This document shows, piece after piece, positions 42,871-43,810 of a stretch of DNA of 43,810 nt. The translations under genes were made by a program, and so were the position numbers. Every line of letters begins with the position of its first letter. Positions within the stretch are counted from its first letter, which is position 1. The notes below the pieces were generated by a model. That model saw only the letters and a list, made by a program, of their open reading frames with translations, did not search any database and was not told where the DNA came from. The stretch lies in the IMG/VR virus record IMGVR_UViG_3300028797_000113; one strand, written 5' to 3'. Origin of the DNA: a virus (taxonomy: Duplodnaviria > Heunggongvirae > Uroviricota > Caudoviricetes).

Positions 42871-43788
42871 TTATACTATATCCGTTTTTAATTCAATTAA
42901 TACCTCAGAAAGTATTTGTTGCAGTTCCAAATAGTTATCAGGCAAGTCATATTTATTATAGTTCCGTCTTGCCTGCGTATCAATTGCCTTTTTGACCTCT
43001 CCGTTAAGAAGAAATCGCTCGTTCTCCAGAGCTTCAACTACGTGATGCTGGTTATATATGATTTGGTAACATTGGAATACCCCCTCCCAGCACATCTCTT
43101 CTTCAACTATAAGGTTGATCCGTCGATAATATTCTTCTTTTAATTTGGGATTTATATATACCAGATATTCACTCTGTAGATTCAGACTGTTTAACACGCG
43201 CTTCTTTACTTCCAAAATATATTGGTGTTCTTCCAAGTCCGCTATTCGATACTGATATTGTCCGTGCGCGTCCAAATAATATATCTTATACGCATCACTA
43301 TAGTCTATTAATACTCTTTTCTTTAAACTCTTTAGGGATGATTCCAGAATGCTTAAGATTTTTGCGTCGCAGCGTTTATAAAACTCCGCTATATTATATT
43401 CATCCATATTAGGTATTCTTAATAATTTGGTATTATCTTTCTTATACTCGATATATTTATTATTAACTAAACCCAATATTCTTATTAACTCATTTTTATT
43501 TATATATATGGCCGTATTATCTTGTTTAGATAAATAATACAACAATATATTCTGTATGAACTTAGTATATTTAGAATTAACATTACTCGGTATTGGATTA
43601 TCATATATCTCCAGAACAATATATTTATTTCCATCCTTGAGCAAGTCCATATATCTGTCTATTTCATTTAACTGTATTTGCCTGCTCTTCCCGGTCGTAA
43701 CCTTGAGATTTAATAAATCACACAATTCCTTGTAGTTCTTTATTATCATTCCCTCTTGTATCTTGCTTGTATCTAAATGCAGTATCAT
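42871..43788 (-). CDS. Hypothetical phage protein, possibly DNA-binding
   Basis: KNYKELCDLL...GKSRQIQL...DGNKYIVLEIY N-terminal pattern; basic and AT-rich. Start MILHL (43788) preferred using the RBS GAGG; function unknown. Confidence 0.55.
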   Translation of the reverse strand: MILHLDTSKIQEGMIIKNYKELCDLLNLKVTTGKSRQIQLNEIDRYMDLLKDGNKYIVLEIYDNPIPSNVNSKYTKFIQNILLYYLSKQDNTAIYINKNELIRILGLVNNKYIEYKKDNTKLLRIPNMDEYNIAEFYKRCDAKILSILESSLKSLKKRVLIDYSDAYKIYYLDAHGQYQYRIADLEEHQYILEVKKRVLNSLNLQSEYLVYINPKLKEEYYRRINLIVEEEMCWEGVFQCYQIIYNQHHVVEALENERFLLNGEVKKAIDTQARRNYNKYDLPDNYLELQQILSEVLIELKTDIV

Positions 43789-43810
43789 ACATCCCCTCAA
43801 AGAAGAAAAC

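Larger units (their letters stand above)
1..43810 (-). mobile_element. Late (virion morphogenesis, lysis, late transcription) region of a large SPbeta-like siphophage/prophage
   Basis: Co-oriented minus-strand genes in the order RNAP-HU-terS-terL-portal-protease-decoration-capsid-neck-tail tube-TMP-baseplate-fibres. No att site or integrase lies in the window, so prophage vs free phage cannot be decided. Confidence 0.93.

Noticed and set aside
228-43143. Numerous plus-strand ORFs and short alternate-frame minus-strand ORFs in the track (e.g. 228..452, 5215..5517, 10508..10777, 14024..14449, 20096..20614, 24174..24692, 31341..31958, 33191..33424)
   Set aside because: All lie within longer genes with clear RBSs and family motifs. 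They lack RBSs and read as antisense or frame shadows; 33191..33424 and 10508..10777 simply mirror the GGT repeats.
1-43810. Stop-codon reassignment (recoded gut phage)
   Set aside because: Long genes are intact in the standard code. TAA, TAG and TGA all terminate genes directly before the next RBS, and there is no suppressor anticodon.

Overview
This window is a 43.8-kb slice of a large tailed phage or prophage with SPbeta-like architecture. The host is probably a low-GC Bacillota such as a gut clostridium (inferred from strong GGAGG-type RBSs and protein families). Every credible gene is on the minus strand, forming one co-oriented late region that reads right to left. It opens with an AT-rich hypothetical gene, a YonO-type single-subunit RNA polymerase, a Zn-ribbon protein, an HU-like protein and a tRNA-Thr(AGT)-like gene. 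The head module follows: terminase small and large subunits, a structured 226-nt spacer, portal, a holin-like membrane protein, prohead protease/scaffold, decoration protein, major capsid and neck proteins. Next come the tail tube, an embedded lysis cassette (holin + GH25 endolysin), RusA, a GT2 glycosyltransferase and a 114-nt tRNA-like RNA whose anticodon loop is replaced by a 45-nt insert. The region ends with a 3623-aa tape measure protein, baseplate/tip proteins and four or five fibre/receptor-binding genes, the last truncated at base 1 and missing from the ORF track because it runs off the window. The most interesting observations are: (i) an exact JAMM/RadC-type metalloprotease motif (E859...H905-x-H907-x7-S915-x2-D918) inside the tape measure protein; (ii) two non-canonical tRNA-shaped elements inside the late operon that share the acceptor stem GCGTRG/CYACGC and a purine-purine 1:72 mismatch; (iii) further structured spacers and a virion-module glycosyltransferase. 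All family assignments come from motifs recognised by eye and gene order; no database search was run.
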